64,000 nucleotides of DNA from Candidatus Bathyarchaeum tardum (GTDB lineage Archaea; Thermoproteota; Bathyarchaeia; Bathyarchaeales; Bathyarchaeaceae), in the NCBI GenBank assembly GCA_024650005.2, contig CP122380.1, positions 1,728,001 to 1,792,000 of the forward strand. The letters run 5' to 3'. The notes below the pieces were generated by a model, which was not told the DNA's origin, did not search any database, and worked only from the letters and a program-made list of their open reading frames with translations. Below, piece by piece: positions 35,789 to 46,178 of this stretch; the stretch's first letter is position 1; every line of letters starts with the position of its first letter. A program made the position numbers and the translations under genes.

Positions 35789-37078
35789 TTATGCGCCTCC
35801 GTGCTGACTGAGTTGAAGAGTTACAAGTCTTGAAGTGCCACTGGCTCCAAATTCACTTTTATAAATCGATGGATTATAATACATAAGAAGGGCTAAAGCA
35901 GCAACTCTTGCATCAGGAGTCCGAGTTAACCCAATTGATGTAAATGCACCTCCATCAATGTTTCTGTACACTGCAGCAGGAATATAATTAGGATAATCTT
36001 GTGAACGAGAAAAAAGTTCTGTTGCAACTAATTCACAAGAACCAACTAGGGTATTGTTATAGAGTGCACGAGATGCAGTTTGATAAGGATTTGGATACAA
36101 TCCATAGTAATTGGATCGTTCAATTGATATGCTAGATAAATCTACAACCCCCACACTTTTCATGATATCAGTTCCACTTACAGACTTTCCAGTTAGACCT
36201 TTCAAGAAATTAGTTAATCCAGCAGTTTGAACACCATCTTTCTCTATTCCGTAGATACCCCAACTTTGTTCGTCATCAAAAGAGTCTAAGTTACTTACAT
36301 AATAGAAAGGGTATCCTACAATGTTAACCCACGTAAAATTATATGTGTTTACTTTTTGACCTAAGATTTCACAAAAACCACGATAATTGCCAGCATAACT
36401 TGAAGGAATAGGAACAGCTTCCCCAAAAGTGTTTATTATTACAGCATCTTGCACACTTTCTTCAAGGTGAGTTATTGAAGTATTCTGTAAAATTAGTTCG
36501 AACTGAGAAGTGCTATTTACTATAACAGTAGTTGCAAAATATGGAGATAACAGATTGTTAAATTCTTTGGCTAGACTTTGTCCTGTATATCCTGTGATCC
36601 ACCAACCATTAGCATCAGTGCAATTTAGAATGTAAAGAGTTAGATTTTTTCCGGTGCTTTCTCCAATTTTTTGGGGTTCTTCTGTAAATGTAACATTTGG
36701 AGAAGCAACTAAGAATGATGCAGAAGTAGATTTTGATGCCATAACATTAGTATCTGAAATAGTCTTGAAAGCATCATAAGTTACGGAGTCCCCATCAGAT
36801 GAAAGGTCATAGATACTTAAATTATAGACTACGTTTGGGGGGAGAGAAGCAGAAAGGGCCTTCTGTAAATCAGCCCATGCAGGATCATCATAAGATTTGA
36901 AGATAATCTCGCTAAGAACGCCTTTAGCATTTAACGTTTCAAGGGTAGACTGAGCAAGGTCACCAAGTTCAGTTCCAAACGCTTCACGAGCAGAAGGTAA
37001 GACAGCAAAATGGTTGGCCAGAGCAAAAGAACTCAAGAGAATAACAATCACAAACAAAACTTCAACAGTTCGCATCAA
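35789..37078 (-). CDS. Minor pilin-like protein
   Basis: MRTVE + hydrophobic helix; within pilus operon. Confidence 0.65.
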   Translation of the reverse strand: MMRTVEVLFVIVILLSSFALANHFAVLPSAREAFGTELGDLAQSTLETLNAKGVLSEIIFKSYDDPAWADLQKALSASLPPNVVYNLSIYDLSSDGDSVTYDAFKTISDTNVMASKSTSASFLVASPNVTFTEEPQKIGESTGKNLTLYILNCTDANGWWITGYTGQSLAKEFNNLLSPYFATTVIVNSTSQFELILQNTSITHLEESVQDAVIINTFGEAVPIPSSYAGNYRGFCEILGQKVNTYNFTWVNIVGYPFYYVSNLDSFDDEQSWGIYGIEKDGVQTAGLTNFLKGLTGKSVSGTDIMKSVGVVDLSSISIERSNYYGLYPNPYQTASRALYNNTLVGSCELVATELFSRSQDYPNYIPAAVYRNIDGGAFTSIGLTRTPDARVAALALLMYYNPSIYKSEFGASGTSRLVTLQLSQHGGA

Positions 37079-37092
37079 TTTTTATTCACCAC

Positions 37093-38295
37093 TTAATTTC
37101 CCAACTTCCATGTAGAAACTTTAACCTGATAGGAAATCCCATTAATAAGGACCTGCCTAAGTTCAGTAGCAACAAAATTATAACCTTCTGAACCAAATTC
37201 TCCATCAAATGAAGCAGAAACTCCGAGTGCACCAACTCCCCAAGGAACAATAATATTTCCTAGTTGATTGATGCCTTGTGCTTTGTATGAAACAACCAGA
37301 AGCCCAACTTCAGAAGCAGGAATTTGTGTTGGCACTGAATGGAACCCGTTACCGTAAGTTAACTGCCCTGAAAAATCTAAATCATATTCTGTAACATTAA
37401 AATCAGAATTTAGAATGAAGAAACTTGCATTAAAAAAAACATTAGCTTGTCCTCCAGGATTATTAATTACAGTGCTGTGAGCAAGAATGAGTTCACCAGT
37501 ATCAAAATTTGTTACAAGAGGAACAATAAACGAATTGTCAGTAATAGTATTATTAGTAAAGTATCCAACACCAGTAATACCACCGATGCTAACATAAACA
37601 ACAAAGGAATAAACAGGTTCATCATCAGTTATACCAGAAAACTCTAATTCTGTAGAACCAAAGTGATTAGTCTTGGTAACATTTGAATAAGAAACAATTG
37701 AAAGGTCTTGCTTTATTTCAAAAAGATGTGAAGTTAAAGTAGCATTACTTAAAGGCAATCCACCCCCATGCACTTGAACATTAATTTTTAGTGGATCGGT
37801 ACTTACTTGTGTAACATTCACATCTAATGTTGGGGTAATATCCAAACCAAAACCATATGCTCCATCTATCCCGAGTAATTCAGCAGCTGTTGCGTAATTA
37901 ACACAGTTATCTATAGGGGTAAGTATCCCATGACCATAGTTAGTACTAACATTATTGTACCAAGTATCAGTTACTTCAGAGTAAACCAGTTGACTGTCAT
38001 CAGATGCAGTATTCAAACGCATAATAGCATATGGACTTAAGGTATATCCACCAGCGTCAGGATCTTGAAGACCAAAACCAGTTAAAGGTTCATTTGTTTT
38101 ACTCCAAGTTGCAGGACTCCCAGGAGATAAACAAATCGTATTTACTAGATCTACTGCTTTGTTTGCCACTTGACGATTTCTGTCGTATTCAAGGGCTTGG
38201 GCAAATAATCCGTTAAAGGTCATCATAGCTAGAAGCATGGCTGTTAAAAGAACTGTAACAGCAATTATGTGATCTATAGTCGCGCCTCCAGCCAT
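37093..38295 (-). CDS. Minor pilin-like protein
   Basis: ATIDH + hydrophobic helix; SPG-x-P-x-x-W; C-terminal beta-strand ending W. Confidence 0.65.
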   Translation of the reverse strand: MAGGATIDHIIAVTVLLTAMLLAMMTFNGLFAQALEYDRNRQVANKAVDLVNTICLSPGSPATWSKTNEPLTGFGLQDPDAGGYTLSPYAIMRLNTASDDSQLVYSEVTDTWYNNVSTNYGHGILTPIDNCVNYATAAELLGIDGAYGFGLDITPTLDVNVTQVSTDPLKINVQVHGGGLPLSNATLTSHLFEIKQDLSIVSYSNVTKTNHFGSTELEFSGITDDEPVYSFVVYVSIGGITGVGYFTNNTITDNSFIVPLVTNFDTGELILAHSTVINNPGGQANVFFNASFFILNSDFNVTEYDLDFSGQLTYGNGFHSVPTQIPASEVGLLVVSYKAQGINQLGNIIVPWGVGALGVSASFDGEFGSEGYNFVATELRQVLINGISYQVKVSTWKLGN

Positions 38296-38775
38296 TTAGC
38301 TACCTCCAAAAGTAAAACTAAGGGTACCATTCGAAAATTTCTCTACAATAATTATAGCATCAAAAGAAGTGCTTCTGAAACTTGACTCAACCCATTGTAC
38401 GTTAGTACCTAACACAGCTGATGCAGCAACTGTGGTAGAAACATCATTATCCAAAGTTAAAATAACAGTAAAAACTTTAGCTGTGTCATCAATTGGATTG
38501 CTAAGTTGCCCATCAACAGTATACGGATATGACGCAATAGTTACAGGAACAGGCGAAGCATAAGTAACCGTTCCAGTTAAGATTTCATTACCATTTACTG
38601 ACAAGTACAACTGCTGAATTGTACTCACCAAATGATCAGCAGCATCCTGTAATTCAATAGTTAGTTGAGTTTCTTGCCAGTGGGTAGTCATTGTACTTGC
38701 GACTAAAGGAAAGATTATCACTTGGGTGAAAAGCAAAGGAATGAGTATAACATATTCAATTGTTACGCTAACCAA
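38296..38775 (-). CDS. Minor pilin-like protein
   Basis: GGAGG RBS then TTG 38775: MVSVTIEYVILIPLL. Confidence 0.65.
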   Translation of the reverse strand: MVSVTIEYVILIPLLFTQVIIFPLVASTMTTHWQETQLTIELQDAADHLVSTIQQLYLSVNGNEILTGTVTYASPVPVTIASYPYTVDGQLSNPIDDTAKVFTVILTLDNDVSTTVAASAVLGTNVQWVESSFRSTSFDAIIIVEKFSNGTLSFTFGGS

Positions 38776-38801
38776 ACAAAAAACCTCCAAACTTTACCAT
38801 T

Positions 38802-39683
38802 TTAACTAACTCCAAAAGCAACTGAAACCTCGCTTAGATAAAGCTCTAAAACAACATTATCGTACCCACCAGCATAGTAAGAAGAAGAATCAAATGACCA
38901 TTCAGTTTTGTGAAAGTTGAAAAAGTTTTCATTATCAAAACCAGTTGCTGACTTAGGGAAATCAACAGTAACGCTGATGCTATTGACCTTGTTCAAAGTA
39001 TTTGCCCGTACAGATTCACCCCTCAAAGTCAAGGACTGATATAATCGAGGGGATTCCCCAGCACTTAAAACAGGCAGATACATCCGTACATAAGTTGCAT
39101 TTGTAGTAGAATTAATTGAAGAATAAAGAACTCTAATCGCAGGGGCAGCAACTACTCGTATGTAGTCTCCGTCGTACATTGGAACTTGTTCGACTTCAAA
39201 CACACGAGCGATCGGAGCAGAAGTCCCATTCAAAACCAAAAAATTATCGTTAGCTGGATTGGGATAAAGTTGTACCCAGTAATCATCACTGATAGAATAA
39301 TGATATGTTGGCATATTAAACATTAGAATACCAGTATCGTTTGTAAACACAATTGGGTCTACACTAGTCTCTGTTTCTACAGTCACGGTATAGGTTAGTA
39401 CATCGGTTTCTAATTCAATATCACCATATTGAGTGGCGTAAGTAATTGTTCCAGTGCGTCCTGTAGTCCAAGCGACATCGTCTATTTGCAGACCAACAGA
39501 CTGCATTAACTGCTTTGAAGACGTATAGTCGCTTTCTGCTACTCGCGCCCATAGGAAACTGTTTGCAAAGCCTAGGGCTACGCTTAGGATTGCGATCATG
39601 GCGCCGGTCATGATTACTGAAGATATGACTGGACTGAGCCCTAGTTTGCTGGAACGTTTCTTGCGCAACTTAGTTAATCTCAT
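38802..39683 (-). CDS. Pilin-like protein with class III signal
   Basis: RKKRSSKLG|LSPVISSVI. Confidence 0.75.
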   Translation of the reverse strand: MRLTKLRKKRSSKLGLSPVISSVIMTGAMIAILSVALGFANSFLWARVAESDYTSSKQLMQSVGLQIDDVAWTTGRTGTITYATQYGDIELETDVLTYTVTVETETSVDPIVFTNDTGILMFNMPTYHYSISDDYWVQLYPNPANDNFLVLNGTSAPIARVFEVEQVPMYDGDYIRVVAAPAIRVLYSSINSTTNATYVRMYLPVLSAGESPRLYQSLTLRGESVRANTLNKVNSISVTVDFPKSATGFDNENFFNFHKTEWSFDSSSYYAGGYDNVVLELYLSEVSVAFGVS

Positions 39684-39705
39684 AAAGTTTTTCTCCTTTT
39701 TTCTC

Positions 39706-41424
39706 CTATGCTAGCATTATTGGAACAACTTTTGATGCTACAATGGCGATGACTACAAGCAATGCAGAATGCTTAAATCCAGCAGCTAAGGATTCTTCAC
39801 TGATTTTTCCACAGACTAGCCCGATCAAGTAACAGTGAGTAATAACTGAAACAGTAAAAATCAAAGTCAAATAATCAGTATTAGTGGTAGCAGTAGAAAC
39901 TTCGGCACCCATTGCAACTGTGTTTGTAGTAAACAACAAAGTCATCAAAGTAGTCGCTACTAGCAGTATGGCTGCAAAGTAGGGCATTATCATGTAGGGT
40001 CGGATGCTCATTTTCTTTTCTTTTTCGACTTCTTGAGTCATGTTATTGAACCGTGCAAGGGATTCAATCATTGAAATTGTACCTCCACCTACGTCGACAG
40101 CTTCCAATAGCAGGAACATGACTATTTGTGACATCCAGCTTTTTGTTTTCTTGACGAAAGCCATGATGACATTTCGCATGGGGATACCCCATCCGATGTC
40201 AGAAGACATCTTACGGAGTTCGGCTGAAAATGCTCCGTAGTCTCGTCCGGACAGGTTTTTAATACAAGCTTCAGGGGAAAGACCAGTCTTGCGGGTTTCA
40301 GTCAAGTCCCTAAGGAAATTAGAGATACCCCGTTCCATGCTTGCTTTTTTGCCAGCAATTTTTTGATGAATAATAGCAGGAGGCACCACTGAAATTATCA
40401 AAGTGATAGAAACTGCGATTGGTAAATCTACAAGATTTGCCAAAAACTGCAACGGGGTTTCTATGAAGCCAAAGAATCCGGTGAGCAGCAACAAGACAAG
40501 TATGGCAACTGCTGAAGAGATAGCGTATGCTTTGTATGGTCTCATTTCGCTCAGGGGGCTTTTTGGTTGCATGCCGTGGGCAAGATACAAGAACACAATT
40601 GAAAGCATAGGAGTGAAAACGTAAGTGTACATAATTACACTGGAACCCATGTCCATACCTGTGCTGTAGATGGATTCTACACTGAAGAGTATGTAGAAAC
40701 AAAGGGACATCAAAACCATTACGATAATGAAAGTTTCTAGAAGCATTCCCATTCGTTCAGCTGCTGCTTTTACTTTCATTGATCCGGCTTTGAAAATTTC
40801 TTGGGCTTTTGTTTCAAGGAAGTGAATAACGTCTCCACCGATAATTACGGTTGAAGCATAACCAGAAATGAAATCCCGGAAAATATCTAAGGGGTTATAT
40901 TTTGCTGCTTGTTCAAGGGCACTAAGAGGGTCGACTCCAAATATTTCTACGTCACGGATCAAGCTTCTTGATTCTTTTCGGGTAGCAGGCAACAATTCGA
41001 CTTCAGTAAGCCGCTTGAAACTCATGTAAGGGGGTATACCGCCTGACGCCATTACAGTAACGTAAGTTGCAGCAAAGGGCATTTCCCGGTCCAAAGCAGC
41101 AGCACGTTCACTGGCTCGGGAACTGGGTACAATCATGAACCCAATCATGACGTAAACGGGCATTGGAACTAGGAAAATTAAGGGAATAAACTGGGTGAAA
41201 TAAATCAGAACCAAAGAAACAATAGTCACAGGCAGGGTAAGGGTGGCTATCAAAAACATCAATGAAATGTAAGTTTCAGGATAGATTTTGATTCCTGCCT
41301 TGGACAGGTGTTCTTTGAACTCAAAGACTCCACTTAAGAATTTTGGAGCGATTCCACCGAAAAGGCGATATGAAACTCCCTCAAGTGTTTTTAGCAGTGG
41401 CAGAAGCGAGAACCTCCTTTTCAT
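39706..41424 (-). CDS. Type IV pilus membrane platform protein (TadC/ArlJ/T2SS-F family)
   Basis: Duplicated T2SS-F domains (EMPFA..ASGG; FLRDL..GLSP..DYG); start uncertain (ATG 41424 or CTG 41403). Confidence 0.85.
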   Translation of the reverse strand: MKRRFSLLPLLKTLEGVSYRLFGGIAPKFLSGVFEFKEHLSKAGIKIYPETYISLMFLIATLTLPVTIVSLVLIYFTQFIPLIFLVPMPVYVMIGFMIVPSSRASERAAALDREMPFAATYVTVMASGGIPPYMSFKRLTEVELLPATRKESRSLIRDVEIFGVDPLSALEQAAKYNPLDIFRDFISGYASTVIIGGDVIHFLETKAQEIFKAGSMKVKAAAERMGMLLETFIIVMVLMSLCFYILFSVESIYSTGMDMGSSVIMYTYVFTPMLSIVFLYLAHGMQPKSPLSEMRPYKAYAISSAVAILVLLLLTGFFGFIETPLQFLANLVDLPIAVSITLIISVVPPAIIHQKIAGKKASMERGISNFLRDLTETRKTGLSPEACIKNLSGRDYGAFSAELRKMSSDIGWGIPMRNVIMAFVKKTKSWMSQIVMFLLLEAVDVGGGTISMIESLARFNNMTQEVEKEKKMSIRPYMIMPYFAAILLVATTLMTLLFTTNTVAMGAEVSTATTNTDYLTLIFTVSVITHCYLIGLVCGKISEESLAAGFKHSALLVVIAIVASKVVPIMLA

Positions 41425-43018
41425 AGAATTCTTCAGGTTTAGCGTTGTATTCAGCAATTACCGATGCAACATCACGGTAACTTCGAATATTGCGTCCACG
41501 CATCCATTTCAGCACGTTTTCCCGTTGTTCGATTTGCTCTACCAATTCTTTCCAGGACATCCCTCTGCGTTCGCAGATTTGGTTTAGCATTACACCGGTT
41601 TTGAAATTTGATTCATGAACATCCCCAGCAGCTTTCCAGGTAAAAGTTTCTCGATAGTCTTCATAGTCTGCGATTTCGTTAACATTTAGTACTCGACGGT
41701 ACGCGGTCATTTCACCGGTCTTTGATTGGGGTAAATGCACTCGTTGAATGGATACAACAATATTCATCAGGGACATGTATGCAGGTGCGATATCCATTGG
41801 TTTTTGGATCAAACGTTTTACAGCAGATTCTACCGAGTCTGCGTGCATCGTAGCCATACCACCGTGGCCAGTTGCCAAGGCTTGGAAGAGGGTATAGGCT
41901 TCGCTGCCTCGAATTTCTCCGACCATGATTAAGTCGGGACGATGCCGCATCGCAGTTTTGACCAAATCGAAAAGAGTGACTTCTCCAGTCAAGCTTTCTC
42001 CTAGACCGTAACTTCTCCTAGCAATCAGTGATACCCAGTTTTCGTGAGGCATGTTAAGTTCGGCGGTTTCTTCAATTGTGATGATTTTGCTTCCCGGTTT
42101 GACCAGACAAGCAACTGCATTCAAGAAAGTTGTTTTACCTGAAGCGGTTCCCCCCAAAACCATCAAAGAGGCACGGTTTTCTAGACAAGTCCAGAAATAT
42201 GCGGCCATCTTTTCAGAAAGGGTACCAAGGTTAATCAGGTCAATGATTGAATATGGATCGTCACGGAATTTTCGGATAGTGAAAGCAGTTCCAAAGGGAG
42301 TTACTTCCCGGCGGTAACAGACAGCAAGCCGGTGTTTTCCAGGCAAAGAAGCGTCAACAATTGGGAAAGCGGAGCTGACGTGTTTTCCAGCCATGTGGAC
42401 TAGTTTTACTACGGCGTCGTCGACTTCTTGGTCGTCATGGAAAATCAGGTTTGTTTCAAGGTTTTCGTATCTTCGGTGCCATATGTATACGGGTTTTTCA
42501 ACACCGTCACAGGAAATATCTTCGATGTTAGGGTCACGCATCAATGCGTCGATTCTGCCAAAACCGACTAGATTTCGTTGGGCATGATACAAAATTTTTG
42601 ACCAAGAAACGTCAGGCAACCAACCTAGACTGATTCGGTATTTTCCAACTATTTTTTCAGCTTCATTAACGAAAAATTGTCTTGGGTCTTCAATTTCTGC
42701 TTCAGGGGAAGCAATTTCAGCTAGAAGAATTTCTAAGATTCGATCGTAAATATTCTTTTCAAGTATGTCAAGGCGGAGTTCGTCTAGAATGTATTTAAAT
42801 TCCCCAGTTACAGGGTTTTTTGCAATTGCAGCATGAGCAAAAGGTTCGTAAAGCGGGTAACGTTCAACAATTCTGTACCCTTTAGGCAAAGGCTTAGGTG
42901 GAGCGGAAGGAGGAGTTGCTGTGACTTTTGCTGACTTTTTGAAAATCTTGCCAGGTGACTTTAATGCTGCTGATATTCTCTCGTTAAAACTCTTGATCCT
43001 CTGCATCGGATTCGCCAA
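41381..43018 (-). CDS. Type IV pilus assembly ATPase (VirB11/ArlI family)
   Basis: GGTASGKTT, TIEET-x-EL, RHRPD-x-x-x-VGEIRG, TGH...T-x-HA. Confidence 0.93.
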   Translation of the reverse strand: MANPMQRIKSFNERISAALKSPGKIFKKSAKVTATPPSAPPKPLPKGYRIVERYPLYEPFAHAAIAKNPVTGEFKYILDELRLDILEKNIYDRILEILLAEIASPEAEIEDPRQFFVNEAEKIVGKYRISLGWLPDVSWSKILYHAQRNLVGFGRIDALMRDPNIEDISCDGVEKPVYIWHRRYENLETNLIFHDDQEVDDAVVKLVHMAGKHVSSAFPIVDASLPGKHRLAVCYRREVTPFGTAFTIRKFRDDPYSIIDLINLGTLSEKMAAYFWTCLENRASLMVLGGTASGKTTFLNAVACLVKPGSKIITIEETAELNMPHENWVSLIARRSYGLGESLTGEVTLFDLVKTAMRHRPDLIMVGEIRGSEAYTLFQALATGHGGMATMHADSVESAVKRLIQKPMDIAPAYMSLMNIVVSIQRVHLPQSKTGEMTAYRRVLNVNEIADYEDYRETFTWKAAGDVHESNFKTGVMLNQICERRGMSWKELVEQIEQRENVLKWMRGRNIRSYRDVASVIAEYNAKPEEFYEKEVLASATAKNT

Positions 43019-43346
43019 TACTTAAAAAAACACACCTAAGTATTAAATCTTATGTCTTACTAAATCGTAGTAATGATTAATTTACAGCATTTTTCAACAA
43101 ATCAATAAAAACACAACAAAATACTAAACAATTCAAAACAACAAACAACTATGAAAATTCAAAGCTAAAAGACATAGTCTGTATCAAGACATTACATACA
43201 AAATCTATATCAAAAGCCATAAAAAGTGAAATCAAGATTTTTTCAGTTGCGTATCAACTTTATAAATGTTACAAGCAGTTTTTATTTAAAAATACCTTTG
43301 AAGGTAGCAAGTCATTTGTTGCTAGGTACAACTATGAGGGTTAAGA

Positions 43347-44423
43347 TTGGCTAATAACAACGACAACCAAGTTTTCAGCATCCAGACAATCAATCTGACT
43401 AAGAGATTTGCGAAGAAAAAACACAAAGGTGTTCTTGGCTTTTTAAGGAAAAACCAGTTAGGCGCAGGACAAAAAGAAAGCAATAACGTCACAGTTGCAT
43501 TAAACGGGATTAACCTTAAAATTCGTCCAGGCGAATTGTTTGGCCTTTTAGGTCCAAATGGTTCAGGGAAAACTACTACAATAAAGTGTTTATCGACTAT
43601 TTTGATCCCAGATAATGGCACAGCTAGGGTCAACGGTTTTGATGTCCTAAAAGAAACTTCTCAGGTTCGGGCAAGCCTGGGGATGGTCGTTGGGGGAGAA
43701 CGTACATTGTATTGGAAGCTTACAGCACGGGATAATTTGTTGTTTTTTGCTTCCCTGTACAAAATGAAAAGGAGTTACGCTAAAAAACGTGTTAACGAGC
43801 TTTTAGAAACCTTCGAGTTGTCTGACCGAGCAGATGAGCGCCTTGAAGACTATAGCACAGGCATGAGACAAAAGGTCACTATTGCCCGAGCGTTGTTGCA
43901 TGATCCTCCGATTTTGTTATTGGATGAGCCTACCTTGGGTTTGGATCCAGGTTTTTCTCGGCAGCTACGCAAACAGATTAAAGAACTTTCAGAACAGCAA
44001 GGAAAAACTGTGCTTTTGACTACCCATTACATGGACGAAGCTGATCAACTGTGTGACCGTGTAGCATTCATTAATCAGGGAAACATCGTCGCAGTGGATA
44101 CTCCGGATAAGCTCAAAGCAATGGTGAAAGAAAGAGAAATTGTGGAAGTAACAGTTTACAGTCCCCCTGCTGATATTGAAGATTATCTCGGTTCGTTGTT
44201 GCCTGATTCAGAAGTTGTTAAGCTTGTTGTCGGCAACGAAAGTTGTCCTTCTAGAATCAAGGTAATTGGAGGAACAGCCGAAGAGCATATTGGAATAATC
44301 ATTGATGCCCTCCGGGCGAAGAATGTTCGCATAGGGGGATTGAATGTGGGGGTACCTACGTTAGAAGATGTTTTTATCAAGCTAACAGGAGCAAAGCTTT
44401 CGGAGGCAAAATGCAATAAATGA
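43347..44423 (+). CDS. ABC exporter ATP-binding subunit
   Basis: GPNGSGKTT, YSTGMRQK, LLLDEPT, TTHY. Confidence 0.93.
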   Translation: MANNNDNQVFSIQTINLTKRFAKKKHKGVLGFLRKNQLGAGQKESNNVTVALNGINLKIRPGELFGLLGPNGSGKTTTIKCLSTILIPDNGTARVNGFDVLKETSQVRASLGMVVGGERTLYWKLTARDNLLFFASLYKMKRSYAKKRVNELLETFELSDRADERLEDYSTGMRQKVTIARALLHDPPILLLDEPTLGLDPGFSRQLRKQIKELSEQQGKTVLLTTHYMDEADQLCDRVAFINQGNIVAVDTPDKLKAMVKEREIVEVTVYSPPADIEDYLGSLLPDSEVVKLVVGNESCPSRIKVIGGTAEEHIGIIIDALRAKNVRIGGLNVGVPTLEDVFIKLTGAKLSEAKCNK

Positions 44424-45274
44424 TTTCAACCGTTTATGAACGGTCACCTTTTCGAAGCAATATGTATGTTGTTTGGAACGAATTCAAAAAAAACATAAAG
44501 TTCCTGATGGCATATCCAGTCATTTTTGTGTTTTGGGCAGTTTTTCCAATTTTTTGGTTTATTCCGTTTATTCTTCAGGGACAAGCCTTTGTAGGAGGTT
44601 TAGAAAGTGCAAATTTCGGGTTGGTTGCAGGAACTACAGAATTTATTCCATTCATTGTGATTGGAGCAATTTTGAACAGTTACGTTAACACACTATTGTA
44701 TGGAGTAGGAGAAAGCATAAGACGGGAAGCCATCCAAGGAACCCTTGATTACGTGTTCGCAGCGCCTACTAACAAGGCCTTTGTGTTAATAGGAAAAGCC
44801 CTAAGCGAAAGCGTGTCCAGCACAATGTTTGCTGCAAGCCAACTTACCATTTCTGTGATTTTGTTTGGAATGACCATAACCGTGGGAGTGCTGCTTCCTG
44901 TGTTTTTAATAGTTATTCTGTTGATTCTTGGATTATACGGATTGTCGTTAGTGTTGGCAGCGGTTTCCCTTTTGTACAAACAGTCCCATGACGTTTCAGA
45001 AACAATCGGATACGTTTTTTACGTATTTTCTCCAGTGCGTTACCCCATCGAGAGCCTGCCAAGTTGGGCACAAGTTGTGGGAAAACTAATTCCGCTTACG
45101 TATGCCCTGATTATTGTCCGAAGCATCATGCTGATTGGAACTCCTCTTTCAGCAATGTACTTTGAGGTTTTGATGCTATTAATTATCGACGCAGTTTTGA
45201 TTCTCGCAGGTTTTTACATGTTTAATTGGATGGAAAACAAAACAAAGAGGTCCGGAACAATCAGCCATTTCTGA
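44420..45274 (+). CDS. ABC-2 type permease
   Basis: Six TM; RE...GTL; YPIESLP-x-W. Confidence 0.85.
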   Translation: MISTVYERSPFRSNMYVVWNEFKKNIKFLMAYPVIFVFWAVFPIFWFIPFILQGQAFVGGLESANFGLVAGTTEFIPFIVIGAILNSYVNTLLYGVGESIRREAIQGTLDYVFAAPTNKAFVLIGKALSESVSSTMFAASQLTISVILFGMTITVGVLLPVFLIVILLILGLYGLSLVLAAVSLLYKQSHDVSETIGYVFYVFSPVRYPIESLPSWAQVVGKLIPLTYALIIVRSIMLIGTPLSAMYFEVLMLLIIDAVLILAGFYMFNWMENKTKRSGTISHF

Positions 45275-45284
45275 GGAGAAAAAA

Positions 45285-46178
45285 TTGAAGAAAACTGATA
45301 AAAAATACCAGTTACGGAAACTGAACTGCCCTACGGGTTATACTTGGGCAAACTTGAGGGCTGAATTACGGGCTATTTGGGAAGCTAACGTTAAAGCGTG
45401 GAAAATTGATTTCGCGTATCCCATAAGTTTTGTTCGTCAACTGGTTTCTCCGGTTGTTTTCATGTTACCGTACCTGCTGTATGGGTTAGTTTTAATTGGG
45501 GGACGATACAGCGAAAATTTGGCACAACTAGTAGGAACAGGAGACGCTGTTGCTTTCATTTTCACGGGCTACATCATGATGGGATTCATCGGAACAGCAG
45601 TTTGGGCTATGGGTTTTAGCATGAGACGGGAACAATGGTTTGGAACTTTAGAATCAATCTATGTTACTCCTGCCAGCCGTTTGGGGCAAGTTTTGGGTAT
45701 GGCTATTCACAGTACTATTCATCAGGGCATGGGCACGTTATTGCAGTTCATTTTTATTTACGTCACCTTTGGGCTAACATTGAAAATGTCAGGAATCTTC
45801 CCAGCCCTAGGAATTTTTGCCCTGATGATGCTAGCGTTGTATGGGTTTGGGATAGTAATTGCTGCGTTAAGTTTAATCTTAAAAGAAGGTTGGATAGTCT
45901 CTGACAGCTTCTACAGTATCATGTCCATTTTGTCACCAGTTGCTTACCCGTTAACTGTGCTTCCTACTTTAGCCCAGCAAGCAAGCGCAATATTTCCAAC
46001 CACGCCGGCGTTGATTGGGATGCGAACTTTTCTGATAACAGATTATGTTCCAGAAGTTGTAGGAAACGTGTTTTTACACCTGATAATTTTGTGTCTGGTA
46101 TGGATTTTGTTTGGAGTTTTCATTTTTCATATAACCGACAAATATGTAAGAAAGAAAGGATTGCTCAAAAAATTCTGA
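45285..46178 (+). CDS. ABC-2 type permease
   Basis: RREQWFGTLE, YPL-x-VLP. Confidence 0.85.
   Translation: MKKTDKKYQLRKLNCPTGYTWANLRAELRAIWEANVKAWKIDFAYPISFVRQLVSPVVFMLPYLLYGLVLIGGRYSENLAQLVGTGDAVAFIFTGYIMMGFIGTAVWAMGFSMRREQWFGTLESIYVTPASRLGQVLGMAIHSTIHQGMGTLLQFIFIYVTFGLTLKMSGIFPALGIFALMMLALYGFGIVIAALSLILKEGWIVSDSFYSIMSILSPVAYPLTVLPTLAQQASAIFPTTPALIGMRTFLITDYVPEVVGNVFLHLIILCLVWILFGVFIFHITDKYVRKKGLLKKF

Noticed and set aside
38802-43018. Archaellum operon
   Set aside because: No archaellin, ArlH, ArlF/G or che genes; pilin-type signals instead
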